Positions 32,946-50,971 of a stretch of 64,000 nucleotides of DNA are shown in pieces (within the stretch, counting starts at the first letter, position 1; every line of letters starts with the position of its first letter). The position numbers were made by a program, and so were the translations under genes. This DNA comes from the human T2T-CHM13v2.0 reference genome, Homo sapiens. The notes beneath the pieces were generated by a model. It was not told the DNA's origin, searched no databases, and saw only the letters and a list, made by a program, of their open reading frames with translations. The stretch lies in NCBI RefSeq assembly GCF_009914755.1, contig NC_060926.1. The stretch is one strand, 5' to 3'.

Positions 32946-35888
32946 TTATTTAACTAACTGGGAAATACTGTGTCATTGTGTGAAAAAAAAATAGTAGTGA
33001 TAGCATTTAACTCTATTAGCATTACTGATCATTATGTACTAATAATTTAACATAAATCAAGTTGTACTATTCAAAATAACGTGACTACTGACCTGAATCA
33101 GACAAAAAAAGTTTAGACAACATTCAATGTGGGTGGTCTGGAATGGATGGATTATACTGATTAACTTGTTTAATGATCTGCATTTGTATATGAATGCCAT
33201 ATGAATATAACTTAATACATTGAGGCCAAACCAAGAATAGTTGGATAAAGTGGTATGCTGACATCTAGCCATGATTATGTTAATTAAAATACATCAAATC
33301 AAATTTTTAATTTCCACCTCTTCAGATGGAAATTTTCAAAGGGCAAAGAATATTACCAGTTGTTTCTAAGTATTGTCCATGTTTCTATAATTTTAGAAAG
33401 AAAGAGCAGCACATTAACATTAGTCACAGTCATATTTCAACTTTGAGCTCTATTTTTCTCTGGCTTACATAATTTTCTTCTTATTTTACTAGAAGAAAAA
33501 TGATGGATCTCTCTCTTTTTTTGAACTGCATAACTGAATTCAATACTTGTCAAAGAATTCTAAATGAAATGGAAATTTCCTCATAAATGGCATTGTCCAG
33601 AATCTCTATAGACTTTCATTAGGAGCACATTCTGAATTCAATGTGTGATCCGGCTGTGAATACTTCCTTTAACTAAATCATTGTGACATGCCACATGGCT
33701 AGAAGAGCCACTGTAATATTACAAGAATAAATAATAAGTACTCTGAGATCACTTGGGAAGACAGGATTGTGCAAAGTTTTATGAAAACAGTTGCAAAGAC
33801 ATGACGCACAGCACAACCTAGATAATGTAAAGCTTTTAAGATGAAACAATAGTGCATGGACATGTTAATGATTTCAAAGCCCCCATTAACTTTGGTAGCT
33901 GAGTGTTAGGGTCACTCTGCCAAAGCCTTCTGAAAGAGTTACTGTGTTATTTTTAAAAAGGCCATAAACACAGTTCATGTTGGGGAAATTTGGCTCAAAA
34001 TTCCTGATTTAATGAAGACGTAATGCAAATGTAGTTTAATATTTTACAATGTGAACTAATTAAAGGGTAGTATCCAGATGATACTTTCTGTGGTGTTACT
34101 TTAAAGTTGATATTAACCTGACATTAGCCATGTCCAAATATATATATTATGAAAATTACTTTAAGTCAAAATACAGTTTTTTAGTAGAGTACCTCCTAGG
34201 TTGGAGTATGGTAAATAGAGAAGCTAGGCCATCACTTTTGGCTGATAGTTCTTAGGGTCATGATAGCACAATTTTTTTTTTTTTTTTTTTTTTTACCATT
34301 AATTTCCTCTACATTATGGAGAGGTGGGAAAGCCAAGACATCTTCTCCTCTCCTAGGATTTTTCTGCTTCTTATAGCCAGGATATTTTTATTCATTTAAG
34401 AAAGACCTAGGAAAATTACTGCTGGGTAGAATTGTAGCAGCTTCTGGTGTAACTAAGAAAATACTGGATAATTGTTTGGTCTCAGCCACTTTTTCTTCCA
34501 ATTTCACTGGTAGTTTATGGGTTAATTACTATGGCTTTTGATGAGTGACAGCTATTAATATCCACTTTATAAGTAATAACAATAAGAAACCAAAGTATTT
34601 GAGGTTAGTTATAGAAAGTTTCATGCTTTTTTGTCCTCTTGGCTAATCCAAACTTAATAACTTCTGAGCCTTATCATAGTAAACCTCAACTTCCTGTATG
34701 AAGCCATTCTTTCTTGCATGATTTTCTTCATGCTAAATTTTATAGAGCATTTAATCTATTATACTTGTTTCCTTTGACTAAATATTCTCATAAATATATG
34801 TACATATTTACATACATCTATATATACACACACGTATACCAACTACATACATATAGACACATATATATACCAAAAGATCCAGTGTATCACCAAGTATAGA
34901 ATAGACACTGAATAGTTAAGTTGAGTTCATGAAGAGTGAATCGATGAATGTTTGAATACCTTTTAATGTCACTTTATAGAGAGAATTATAGTCTTTAGAT
35001 AATTCTATCTCTCCATTTTGATATATAAGTCAAGTCTGGTCCTGAAAGAGTCTATGTAATTATATTAGAAAATGCATTGTCTTATTAAATAGGAATGATT
35101 TAATAAAAAATAATATGTTAATAATAAAAAAGTAATTATACATGTATACACACACAGGTACTTTTCCATTTGAAAACTTTAGAAAATATACTCACCCTTC
35201 ACTTCCCATGTTACCACTGCTAATATAATTGTGAGATGTTTAATTTTTCACATTATAATTCTTCCATGTATTCTGCAGGTGTCTTATGTTTAATACAAAT
35301 ACATACATATTTAAAGCAAATCCTTTACAGCACAAGTCCTAATAACCACTAACCTGAATGACAACGGAATCAATCGTTTACACATATGGACCTCTGGTTG
35401 TATTTTTTTGTTATTGGGAAGGTCATTAGATTACATATATTTGTGAATGTGATTAACTTGTTTGGACATAAATAATCTCTAATAGCTCTGGAGGTTATGT
35501 ATTTATACATCTTAAGATAGAGAGGGACAGTGATCACAGTTCACCTCTCTCCTCCTGGCATTATGAGGCACAACATATCTTTTGACAATGGACAAGGAAA
35601 AAACCCTGCCACCATTCTGCTATTGTCCAAGGAGTAGAACCCATTTCATGGAGAATTGCTTTACAGTTATTACAGAGATTTTCTGATTATAAAGATAATC
35701 TTCCAGGCTCTAGAAAGCCCCTCAAGGAATGCTCAGAGGGAATCTTGGCAAAGCTTTTGCAAGCTCCCAGGACTCTTATGAACCAAAGCTTAGAAGACGG
35801 TAGATTAGTTTGCATTTCACTAAAAAGTGTTTTATGGGAGGCTTCCTTATCTATGAAGGTTGACATAAAGTCAGTTTTCCCAAGTTGA

Positions 35889-36532
<644 letters not shown>

Positions 36533-39500
36533 CAATTTAATCTTCTTAGTCAGAAATGCTACTACATTATTTTTTAATGCCCTAGGTCACATATTTATCA
36601 TAGGAAAGTACCTATGTTTTAATTGTATGAAGTTATGAAAATATTGTATCAAATTTCTAAAGTTATGCATTTACCTACATTTATAAATTAAATTGTGAAT
36701 CACCTTCTTATTAAATTACATCAGCTTACGAATTATGATCTACTACCTGATATGCTTTAGTCACTGGATACATAAAGAACTTTACTGCTGTATTTTTTAA
36801 ATCACTAATGTACACCCTGAAAAACTATATAAGCATTTTAAATTGTATACATTTATATGATACATATCTATACTATATGCATAATTCTATACACTGATAT
36901 AATCTAAATAATCTAAACATTTTCTAAATAAGTTCAACACTTTGGCATTCACATTCTAGTCAAGGGTGGTTTGTGATACATCTTATTATAGCCATAACCA
37001 AAATGACCTTCAAATTTATTTAAAAGCATATAACTGATTTAAAAGCAAGTGACCAATAAATATAAAGAATAACTTACTTTCTTTATATTGCCATAGCTGT
37101 GATACTACAATGATATAAAAAAGCAAAGAAACCTGAAATTAAATTTACCATATTAAGAAACTAGATGACTATACTAAATAACTAAATTCATACTTGTCCT
37201 GAAGTAGTTAGAAAAATATAATTGGGAATATAGGCATAATAATAGAAAGCTTCCATATAAAACCACATAGTACAAGTTCAAACTTGTTTTCTTGTACTAT
37301 TTTCTCCCTACTCCTCCAATATTTTATGGCACTTAAAGGTTAAATTTTTCCATCCCTTGTAGAAACGAGTGGGTCTACAGAGGGATGATGGCTTATGCTC
37401 TACAAATGCACGCTGAAAAGCAGGTTTTAAGATGCAACATTCTCCAGGCCTAATTCAGCCGCAGAAAACATGCCTGGCTGTAGCAGAAGCCCGGCGCAAT
37501 GCTGTGGAAGCCGCACGCTGATCCAAGAACCATGTCCTCAAAGACATGGTACCTGAATATGAAGTTTTCAAGAAGGTTAACTACAAATACCACTCACAGG
37601 AATGGGTTATTTCAACATAAGAAACAATAGAGTTAACACCCAAAAAAGGCCACGAGACCATTCCCCGCCGCCCAATAGAGTGACCTTATATAGAAATTCC
37701 CCCATATGACAAATATTGCTCTTGATTTTTATCCAATTAAATAATGAAATTTAACTTTCAGAGATAGAAGAGAATGTTAGCAACTGGCCTACTTCCACTG
37801 AAATGCGCTCACATTTCATTTATTTTCAATCAGCTATCAAATATTTGACTCTCACAAACTGCTGTATGATTCAAGAGGCAAAATAAAAGATTCAGCCATT
37901 ACAGATTGCCTTTAAAATCTAGCCATTTCTCTAAAAAGTTGTGGATTTTTGTCTTGCTAGTAGAAGAGGAAAGTTTTGGTCATACACACTATCAGGGCCT
38001 TAGTCTGATCTTTTGGATATGCATAACCATATCTTGACTTATGATATTTCACCTGAAAAACAAGACAGCCACACAGTGAAGCCATTGGGTTGCTTGTCCT
38101 AGGCGGGAAGGAAAAGGCCAGTAGCTCTTTTTTTTTTTTTTTTCACGATCACTTATCGAAAGATTAAAAATATGAACCACCACCATCTGGTTTGCCTGGA
38201 CATATATTAAATGTACAACATCCCCGGAGCTTCTTTTATTTTTAAAATAGCCTGAATAAGAACATGGTATGTGAAACTGAAAATAATTACGTTGTAGTTG
38301 AAGAGTAGGGTAAAAGAGCATCAAAAAGGAAAAAGAAAAAGGCCATTTGTTTTCAGAAAGGATACAAAAGTATTCGTCTGAACCAGCTTTAATTTTTTTT
38401 TTTTTCAGCAGAAGTACACTAAAGCACCAAGACCATCTTTAAAGGTTGAGATGGGTTTAAAATGGCTATTCACACACCCATCTGCTCCTCTCAAAAATTA
38501 TCTCACATTCAATTTCACAAAGAGCATTTGGAAGACACTGGCCATGTAACAGAGAAACTGAAAGCTAGAGTCATTATTCCATTGCTTTCCAAATTCCAAA
38601 AATAGCACAAAGTCATGTCCAGAAGGGCATGTGCTCCGGACCTTAGTCAAACATCTACTTTCAAAGTTTCCATAAAGACTCTGAAAAGGAGGGAATCCTG
38701 TTATAAACACAGTGTAAATAATAATATGGCAGTACCATTTAATTCTATTCTGCTGGTGAAGAAAAAAGAAAAAGAAATCAGATTTTCTTCAATGACTAAT
38801 AATGTTGTTTTATTCTAAATCTAAAAATTTGGTGCTGAATAAAAATTGCATAAATCACCATGGACTGTATCTTTGTTACTATTTTCCATTGATAATTTTA
38901 TTTCTCATTTTTTTTGCATTCTGCAACTAATTCTCAGTTATCCCTAAGGAAAATAAGACTATGCATAAATTAAACCTAGAGACAACCCCAAACTAATTAG
39001 ATATTCCTTGTCACCAGAAGCCTTGAAAACTGCCCAATATTTATGAACTCTTTACATTTCCTTCAAAATTTCCCTCCCAGAACCCGCACTCTGGCTGAGA
39101 TTCCAGTAAGCAATGGAGAAAGTTGAGTGAACAGAATAAAATAAAAGCTCATTACGCCACAAATCTACAATAATCTTGGGAGATTCCCTTTACTCCTCAC
39201 AAAACTAAAATTAATAATTAATAACTGAAAATAGTAAATTTTCCAAGTCTCTTTTTTGCCTGGTCAGTTTTGGATAGAACATTTAGGGAGAAATTAACAT
39301 AAATCATTGACATTTCAAATAACAAATGGGTACACTAGGCCAATTACTTAATGATCAAGATATAATGAATTTTCATCCCATATATCATGATGTTTCCTTT
39401 TTTAAGTTACAATGATCACTATGGTTTTGCAGACATAACTTTTCCCAACCTACATGAAAATCCAAGATATGTGTTGCCCAAATGCATACAGACTATGGCC

Positions 39501-40143
39501 CTTCATCTCCAAACCTCAGGATCACCCTATTCTTTTTTTTTTCTTTTTTCTTTCTTTCTTTTTTTTCTTTTTTTTTTTTTTTACAGAACCTTTCCCCCAA
39601 AACATGAAAGCAAACATTTTCATCTGGAGCACATGAATTGGATAGGCTGAAAATTATATTCATAGATCTGAATATAATGATCTGAAAGTGGCAGTACTAT
39701 CAGAAAAAAACCCTGTGAGGCTTATTTTGGTAATACAATTTACTTATAAAGGCTGAATCAACAATAAAAAGTTGTGGTCTTATTTTAATGAAATAAAAGC
39801 AGAGAAACAAAAAAATGCATGCCCTCCTACATCCCTGACTATATTGAACCATAAACATTCCTATCATGTTTTAAAATAGATATTACAAATCCTATAGAGC
39901 ATGCAATTGGTTTTAAAAGGCTAAAGACTAAATTAGAAAACTCATTAGCAGAATTAAATATGATGTTGGGATTGCCCATCTCGCCTGACCATGCTGTGAT
40001 GTGTCACACGATTCAGCAGAGAGCAGCTGGGCAAGTCTAGCACTTCCTTGCCATGGCAGGGGAAGGAACATAGCTGAGTAGCATGCAGGCCAGTCAAAAT
40101 TCATTTAGAACGTGATTGTACATGTACAACTTGCTTGGATAAC

Positions 40144-40227
40144 CTGGGTAAAAGTGGTGGCACGAGCCTCTGGCTGGTTAAAAAACACCAGAGCTGCATT
40201 CTTGATGGCTCCAGCTTGATTTTACTC
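40144..40227 (-). other. SCN3A: Probable alternative stop-containing (poison) exon, likely SCN3A exon 17A (84 nt)
   Basis: Acceptor cttaccattcttacttctcacag|GAG TAA and donor CCCAG|gttatc. In-frame stop at codon 2. Lies in the intron where a conserved truncating exon 17A is described for Nav1.2/Nav1.3 (recalled, not looked up). Confidence 0.7.
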
Positions 40228-42608
40228 CTGTGAGAAGTAAGAATGGTAAGCAGTGAAGGTCACAGTATGATATTGCTAGATTGTGTTTGGAATTCAACTT
40301 CAAATATGATTGTTAAAAGCATTTATTCTATATCCTTCACTTAGGAAGACAAACCAATAATCTTTTAAGAATTAAATTGCAAAAATTCATAGTTATATAA
40401 GTATTTCAAGAAATTATGATTATGAGAACTTAAAAAATATAAAAACAAACAAATTCTACATTAGAGCTCCTCAAAAAGATTCGCATAATTCCAAGTTTTT
40501 GCAAGATTAAAAAAATCACTATTTTGAAATCCATGCCTTCAATTTCCTGAACTTTTTTCATGCAAAAGTTTATATTTGCTTCCATACCAGCCTATTTATG
40601 TTAGTGGTATTCATATATACAGATGTAATATATATACACACATATATAACATATATAACAGCAATTCCCATGTTTATCTCTAAAAACTTCTAGGGATCAT
40701 TTCTCTTTAGCTGCGATAGTCAGGTATCCTTTATTATGAAAATGAACAGAGGAAATACAGTAACTAGAGTTTCCAAATACCATCTAAATTAATGATTAAT
40801 TTACTGTCTCCTCTTCAAGCAGACATTTCATGCAAGTTTTTTAGTGAAAAATGTATAACTCTGGTGGGTTTAACTTATGTGAGTGCTCACTTTATTAGCA
40901 AAGAGGAAGGATATTCTGTGCTCTGCAAAGTAGAGTTCAATGTTCTCTTGCTACTTGTGTCAAAAACCTAAGAAACATGAACCAAAATGTCACTTTATGG
41001 ATATGTTATTTTAAATGTGTTCGTGTGTGTGATAGCTATTAAAAGGGAATAACCCAGCCAATATAAGTGTGCACCTGAAGTATGCTAGCAGCTTTTGGAA
41101 ATTTCAAATCAAAAATGCACTTTGCTAGAACTCATTTAATCTGCTCTATGATATTAGAACATGCTGGTATTGGCTTTTTATTTTAAAAACTGTCTGCATT
41201 TTATCTTGTGTGTGAGCATATATGAGAGTTCCCTATTACTTTTTTGGTGGGTTTTTAAAGTATTCATTTTACCAAATCATTCATATAAAATTTATTGTTG
41301 AATTTAATATTACTGTGCAAGATAATTTGAAATTTTATTCTAGCTTTATAAAAATATATACCTTTATATTTGTTTAGTGATTTTCCCACTAACATATTTA
41401 TATATTTTAAATAATTTCTTTACATTTTGTAATTGAAATCTATGTATTCAAAATTTAGCTTGAAAGAGGAGGATAAAGTAGTTATTTAAATCACCCCATA
41501 AGACATTTTTGTTCAGGTAAGAAATGTTTTCCAGGTACATAACAAAGGAGAGATTTATATCTTGTTACTCTAAATTTATTATGTTTAAGCCATTAAAAAG
41601 GCATGATAATTAGCAGTCATTTGAAATATCGGTGGTCATTATGAAATTTTAAAAATACTTTGGAAACCAACTGTTCGGTAGGAGGAAATTAAGATATTTA
41701 CTTTCCATAAATCTGATGTCAAAAAATTCTATCGTATTAATCTAGAAAAAGTTTTTCTATCTTTTAGCTTTTCTACCTCTTTTGACCCTAAGTTTTTATG
41801 CTACTTTGTCTCTAGTTTTCTCTTTTTTCTTTCACTTTATAATTACTTATTTGATGAGCTCCTCCATTTTCAGGGAATCAGGTAATTATAAAATCTGCAT
41901 TATCAAACATTATACCTTATTTTTAAACCCTGACCTCTAACTCAGACTCTGTTTCCCAACACTGACACTTCTAATTCAGTATATCCCAATTGAACTCCTT
42001 TTCCAACATAAACTGGGTAGCCCTTTTTAAAGACCATTTCAGAAAGTGGCATTGCTGTTTTTCCATTTTCCCAGGTTCTTTAGTAGGTTTGTCAAGTTGC
42101 CAATGAGTCTCAATTCTCATTACTTATTGCCCTAGCTGAGAATTTTATCACCTCATTGCTACCGAATGATTATCACCATATTCCCCAAGATAACCTTTCT
42201 TATCTTTCACTCTAAACTGTTTTACTCTTTGATATCAAATAAATGTTCTTAAAATACCACTTTCCAATTGCCTTCCCCTGCTTCAGAACAGAAAATAGCT
42301 CCCTATTAACTCCAAACTCTTTGGCTTACTTTAAAACTTTATAATCTGAAACTACCTCACACATTCAAACATATTTTCCACTATATATTCAACCAACACT
42401 TACCTCATGTAGATTATCACTGCATGATAATCTGCAATGATAACCCTAAACTGTCTTTAATACCAAGCTCACTGTCAGCTCCACCTTTCCTTTAGTAAGC
42501 TTCAGCATTTTGCTTTCTGATAATGTATATTTGACCCAAACTTTGAGGTCTATTTCAATTTTATCTCTTCCATTTAGCAATTATTCTTGCTCTCCTCAAT
42601 ACCTATAG

Positions 42609-42944
<336 letters not shown>

Positions 42945-43694
42945 AGGATTAAAGTTTTTAATAGGTCTTTAATAATTTCATGAGTTCATGTTAGCTTACT
43001 CAAATATGTCAAGATTTCCTTGAAGGAGAGTTTTGTTATAGAGCTCTCCTTCACCCCTAGTATCCAGCAGATTGCTGAATTCACAAAAAGTGCTCAGTAA
43101 GTTCTTGTTAATTGACTGGTATTTCTTCTTACATAAATTCATGCCAGGTGATGGGAAATAAAATTAGAGTTGAATTCTTAGTTTGTCAGAATGAGCAACA
43201 TAAATTAGAGTTGAACTCACTTAGCAGACTTTAAATGGAATTCAGAGAAAAAATATCACTACTTAATTTTGTATGTATTTTACCTTTTTCAAAATATTTT
43301 CCAACTTATTATTATACTATCTTTCAGCAACTCTAAAATACCTGAAAATAGTCAGGAAGCTATGAGTTGTAAGATTGTCAGCTACCTATTATAGGGATTT
43401 CAGATCAAGTTTTGTTGATACACTTATTTAAAAAAAAGAGTTCCAAAATATGCTCACGAAATCAGACATTGTTGGTTTGGTTCCCACTGTGTCAACATTA
43501 TACCCTCAAGCCAAAACCTGTCTTTGATAACTCCATCTGTGCTAGACTTACTTTGTACTCATATGTATTAAACGTCTATAAATAAATAATAGTAAAGAAT
43601 TTTAATCCTCTTTTCCACAACACAGGATTGAAGAATTAATAACATTACTACTATGATAGAAACTTAAGAATACTAATCATGCAGTAGGAACAAT

Positions 43695-44022
43695 TTCCTT
43701 CCTTCCTTGCTTCCTTCCTTCTTTCCTTCCCTCCTTCCCTTTCTTCTTTCTTTCTTCCCTTCCTTCCTTTCTTTCTCTTTTTCTTTTCTTTCTCTTTCTT
43801 TATTTCTTCCTTCTTTTCTTTCTTTCTTTCCTTCTTTTTTTCTCTTTCCCTTTTTTCTTTATTTCCTTCTTTCTTTCTCTTTCCCTTTCTTTCCCCTTCC
43901 TTCCTCCCTCCCTCCCTCCCTCCCTTCGTTCCTTCCTTCCTTCATTCCTTCCGTCCTTCCTCCCTCTTCTCCTTTCCCTCCCTTCCTCCCTCCCTCCCTT
44001 CCTTCCTTCTTTTTTCTCTTTC
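43695..44022 (+). repeat. Polypyrimidine low-complexity repeat (TTCC/TTTC/TCCC)n
   Basis: About 330 bp of almost pure C/T. Confidence 0.92.
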
Positions 44023-44396
44023 CTAGTAACACAACAGTAAGAGTAGGTTTATTAACCTACAAAATAACTATAGCCCTCAAGTGAAGCTTTTAAAAGTAGT
44101 TCTTAGTATTTTCAAGTTACTCTGGAAGACTATAGATCTGCTCATCCTTGACTGGGCAAAATATAATAAGTACTACTTGTACTTTCCTAATGTGTATAAC
44201 ACTTTCATAAATGAAACACTATCATAGTGAATAAGACTTTCAGAGGTTAACAAAAGTACATAAAGTTTTCACATAAAAATCATAGCAAAACCTAATATAG
44301 AGAGTAAGGAGATGACGAAAATAAGTTATTTTTTAAAGAACATAATGTAGTTGAGAGTGTAATGTACTAAATAACATCTCTTTTTTGGAAGGCTAC

Positions 44397-44688
<292 letters not shown>

Positions 44689-44922
44689 TAAAAGGCCACA
44701 TTTTTTAACCACATTTTCAAATGATCAAGAAAATGAATATACTAAAGACTCAGAATGGTTTAATTTCCTGTGAAAAATTGGAATTTTTAGAAATCCATTT
44801 CCCAATAAAGAGTATCTTGTGATTTTCCAACATCACTATAGACATATGACTTTCAATATTGCTTTTTGATAATGCATATAAGCACAATGAAAATAGTAAA
44901 TAACTGTAGTACATGGTTATCA

Positions 44923-45429
<507 letters not shown>

Positions 45430-45753
45430 CTAAAAGAAAAAAAGAAAAATGTCTATTTTAATATTGAAATATGCATTTAAATAACAGCCTAAAAAGGGAA
45501 CTCATAGATCTTTGCTAAAATTATTTCAACAAATGTTTATTGAATGCTTACTATATTTCAGATGCCATGTCTAAGTCACACACTCTTTAAAGGACCTAAT
45601 ATCCTGCTCTAAGGGCAAAATGATAAAACAAGCACCTCTTCTTTTTTTCCTATTGGGAGGGACAATAGGAAAGCAGAGCTTCTAAGATTTAAATGGTGTC
45701 TACTCAGGTTTGCCAGTGCAAAGACAAAATCCTACCCTCAAGGATTCTGCCAA

Positions 45754-45778
45754 CGAGAGAGAGAGAGAGAGAGAGAGA
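45754..45778 (+). repeat. (GA)n microsatellite
   Basis: Direct inspection. Confidence 0.9.
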
Positions 45779-47258
45779 AAGATACTTTCTTCTTAATCAT
45801 TTTATCTTACTTCATCTTACCATTTTTTTTCCTAGGGAATTTCTAGCTTCGTGTATATAAAGAATGAACTTATTTATTTAATAGCCTGATGATATGTTCC
45901 AAATGATATACTTGAAATACAAATTCCTTTGGCCCAATGGCCACAAACTTTTATAACAGCAGAAATTTCTAAGTGCAAATTATATACGATTTAACACGTT
46001 TCCCATCAAATACACTTTGAAATTTATATGTTCAAATAGCTCAACAGATGGAGAGAAATCTAAAAGTATACCAGGGTTTAGGCTAGACCCACATAAGTTA
46101 CTTTTCTTTTTCTTTCTTTCTTTGTGTGTATGTGTGTGTGTGTGTGTAGAAAGTATGAGGCGATTTTAACTTTCAGAATATCATGGGATATGTGAAAAAG
46201 TTACTCAGCCAACTGATAAGTTATGGTTAATGCAGGAATAATTCATTATTTCTGATGTAAAAGAAAATTTATAATAATATTTTTAGCCTGAAATGTAGTT
46301 AGTTATTGAGTTTCAGAATATGTTACACTATAGGAAGACATGCAAGGCAAAAGCCCCAGTTTGCTTCCTTACTTCTGTATCAGATTTTTTCAGAATCTAG
46401 AGCTCCCTAATTTACTATTCTGGAGAAAAAAATTACATGTTCGTAGGTATCCCAGTAGCATTCTTTTGAACAAGTTTATCTGAAATGTATCCCTCAAAGG
46501 AAAGGCCCAATATGATGGCATAAAGAAATGCTTTGCCCACGCATGACTGAGAAATTTAAGCATTAAACATATAAATATATAAACTATGCTTTTGCATTAG
46601 TGATTTTAAGTCACAGTTAAAAGTAACTCCTTTGAGTCTGGACAATGTCCATACATATGAATAATTTAAACTGTAATAATTGGTTTTCCTATAGTAATGC
46701 AAATTCAGGGAAGAAAACATTTTGTCCTCTTCCAAGTTACTTGGATAATTACAATGCATAGCTAAAATATAATGGTCTACTTCATTGAAATGTGTCTTCA
46801 AAATTTGGTACTATGCAACCTATGTCTCTAAGTAAGCAAACTACATGAACTATGAACATGCAAAGAGCAATTTGATTATAGAATAGATAGTTGTCTTTTT
46901 AGATTTAGTAGAGGTCATTTTCTTATCAAAACAATATTAGGATACAATTCTTCTTAGTGATAAAAATTTACTTTCTTTGAAGAAGAAAGGAAAATCTAAT
47001 ATTTATGCCCCCAGGCATTCATAAATACATCTGATTTAATCTTTGCATTAAAGATATGATTTCAGTTTTATTATTCCAATGTCATAAAAAATGGGAAACC
47101 AGAGCCCAGGAGAAGTTAAATAACTTGCTTATTCTCTGAGTGCTAATAGGGGGATTTCAGTCTAGGCCACTTACTATAAACCAGAGATATGTTTACTACA
47201 TCTGGCCACGTTCCTAGCTACTGTCTGCTCTTGTTCTAATTTATGAGCATTTGTACTA

Positions 47259-47630
<372 letters not shown>

Positions 47631-48523
47631 TCAAGTGAAAAGATGCTGTTAGTAGTAATCATAATATAATTTTAGACATTATTTTATTAGTATGTGGTAT
47701 CATAGAACCACACGTGGTAGATGTAAAAACTCAAAATATACTGAACTGATTCAATTTCAAATCCAGAAAAAATAGTGTTAACAATATTAGAATTGTAAAT
47801 CTGGTCATAATATCATTTAAGTGCAAAAATAAAAATAAAACATTTCAGAAATAATAAATAAAACATTTCTGATTCATCCAAAGATATGCCCATGTAAACA
47901 AATGGTATTTTGATTAGAGACTTTTTAAATTAGCAAATAAATGTTATCTTCAGATTCTATTTTAGACAGTAAAAAGAAATATTAAAAGTATAAATCATAG
48001 ATTTTTATAGGCCAATATAAAAGTAAAATAACCTAAATAATGTGATAAAAATGTACAGGAAAAAAATTGAAAAAATACACATTTTGCTTAATTTTCAATA
48101 AATTTTACATATTTCTCAATAAAATTTTGTGATAATTCAAAAAGTTTTTTATACAATTATTTAAGATACTAATAACATCAAATATTTTCCCACATGTTGC
48201 TTTAAAACAGTCCCCATTCCTAGAAGTAGGGTTAATAAAAAGCTAAAATTAACTGGGGTCTAAATTTTTATTTGCGTATCTTTACAGACTGTAAGGCCAA
48301 AAAAGCTTCATAAACTTAAAACACAGTTTTAGAAAGTACTTGTAGGTTTTCTAATGTGCCCTACATACCTAATCATTATAGAGTATTTTGAATGCTTTCA
48401 TCATTCTTAGAAAATGGTTTAGCTTTAAAGAGGATGTTTACATGTTTTCTTAGAATGTCACATATTGATGTAAATTTAAAATTAAAATTAATAATTATAT
48501 AAATATACATTGATTCAATTTCA

Positions 48524-48745
<222 letters not shown>

Positions 48746-48914
48746 CTAAAAAATAGAGATCAGCACTACTTCAAGAGCACTGAAAAACACTGATGCTACA
48801 CGAATTTATAAAGAAGAACATTAACAGGAATAAAAATATCTAAAATTTAAAGTGAGAGAATGTGACAAATCAATTCAAGTCTTAGTTTTTTTATTTTCAT
48901 TTTTTATTTTTATT

Positions 48915-50971
<2,057 letters not shown>

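Noticed and set aside
43707-44084. 125-aa F/L/P/S-rich ORF, and the YLSI-repeat ORFs at 2728-3013
   Set aside because: Artefacts of simple repeats lacking stop codons.
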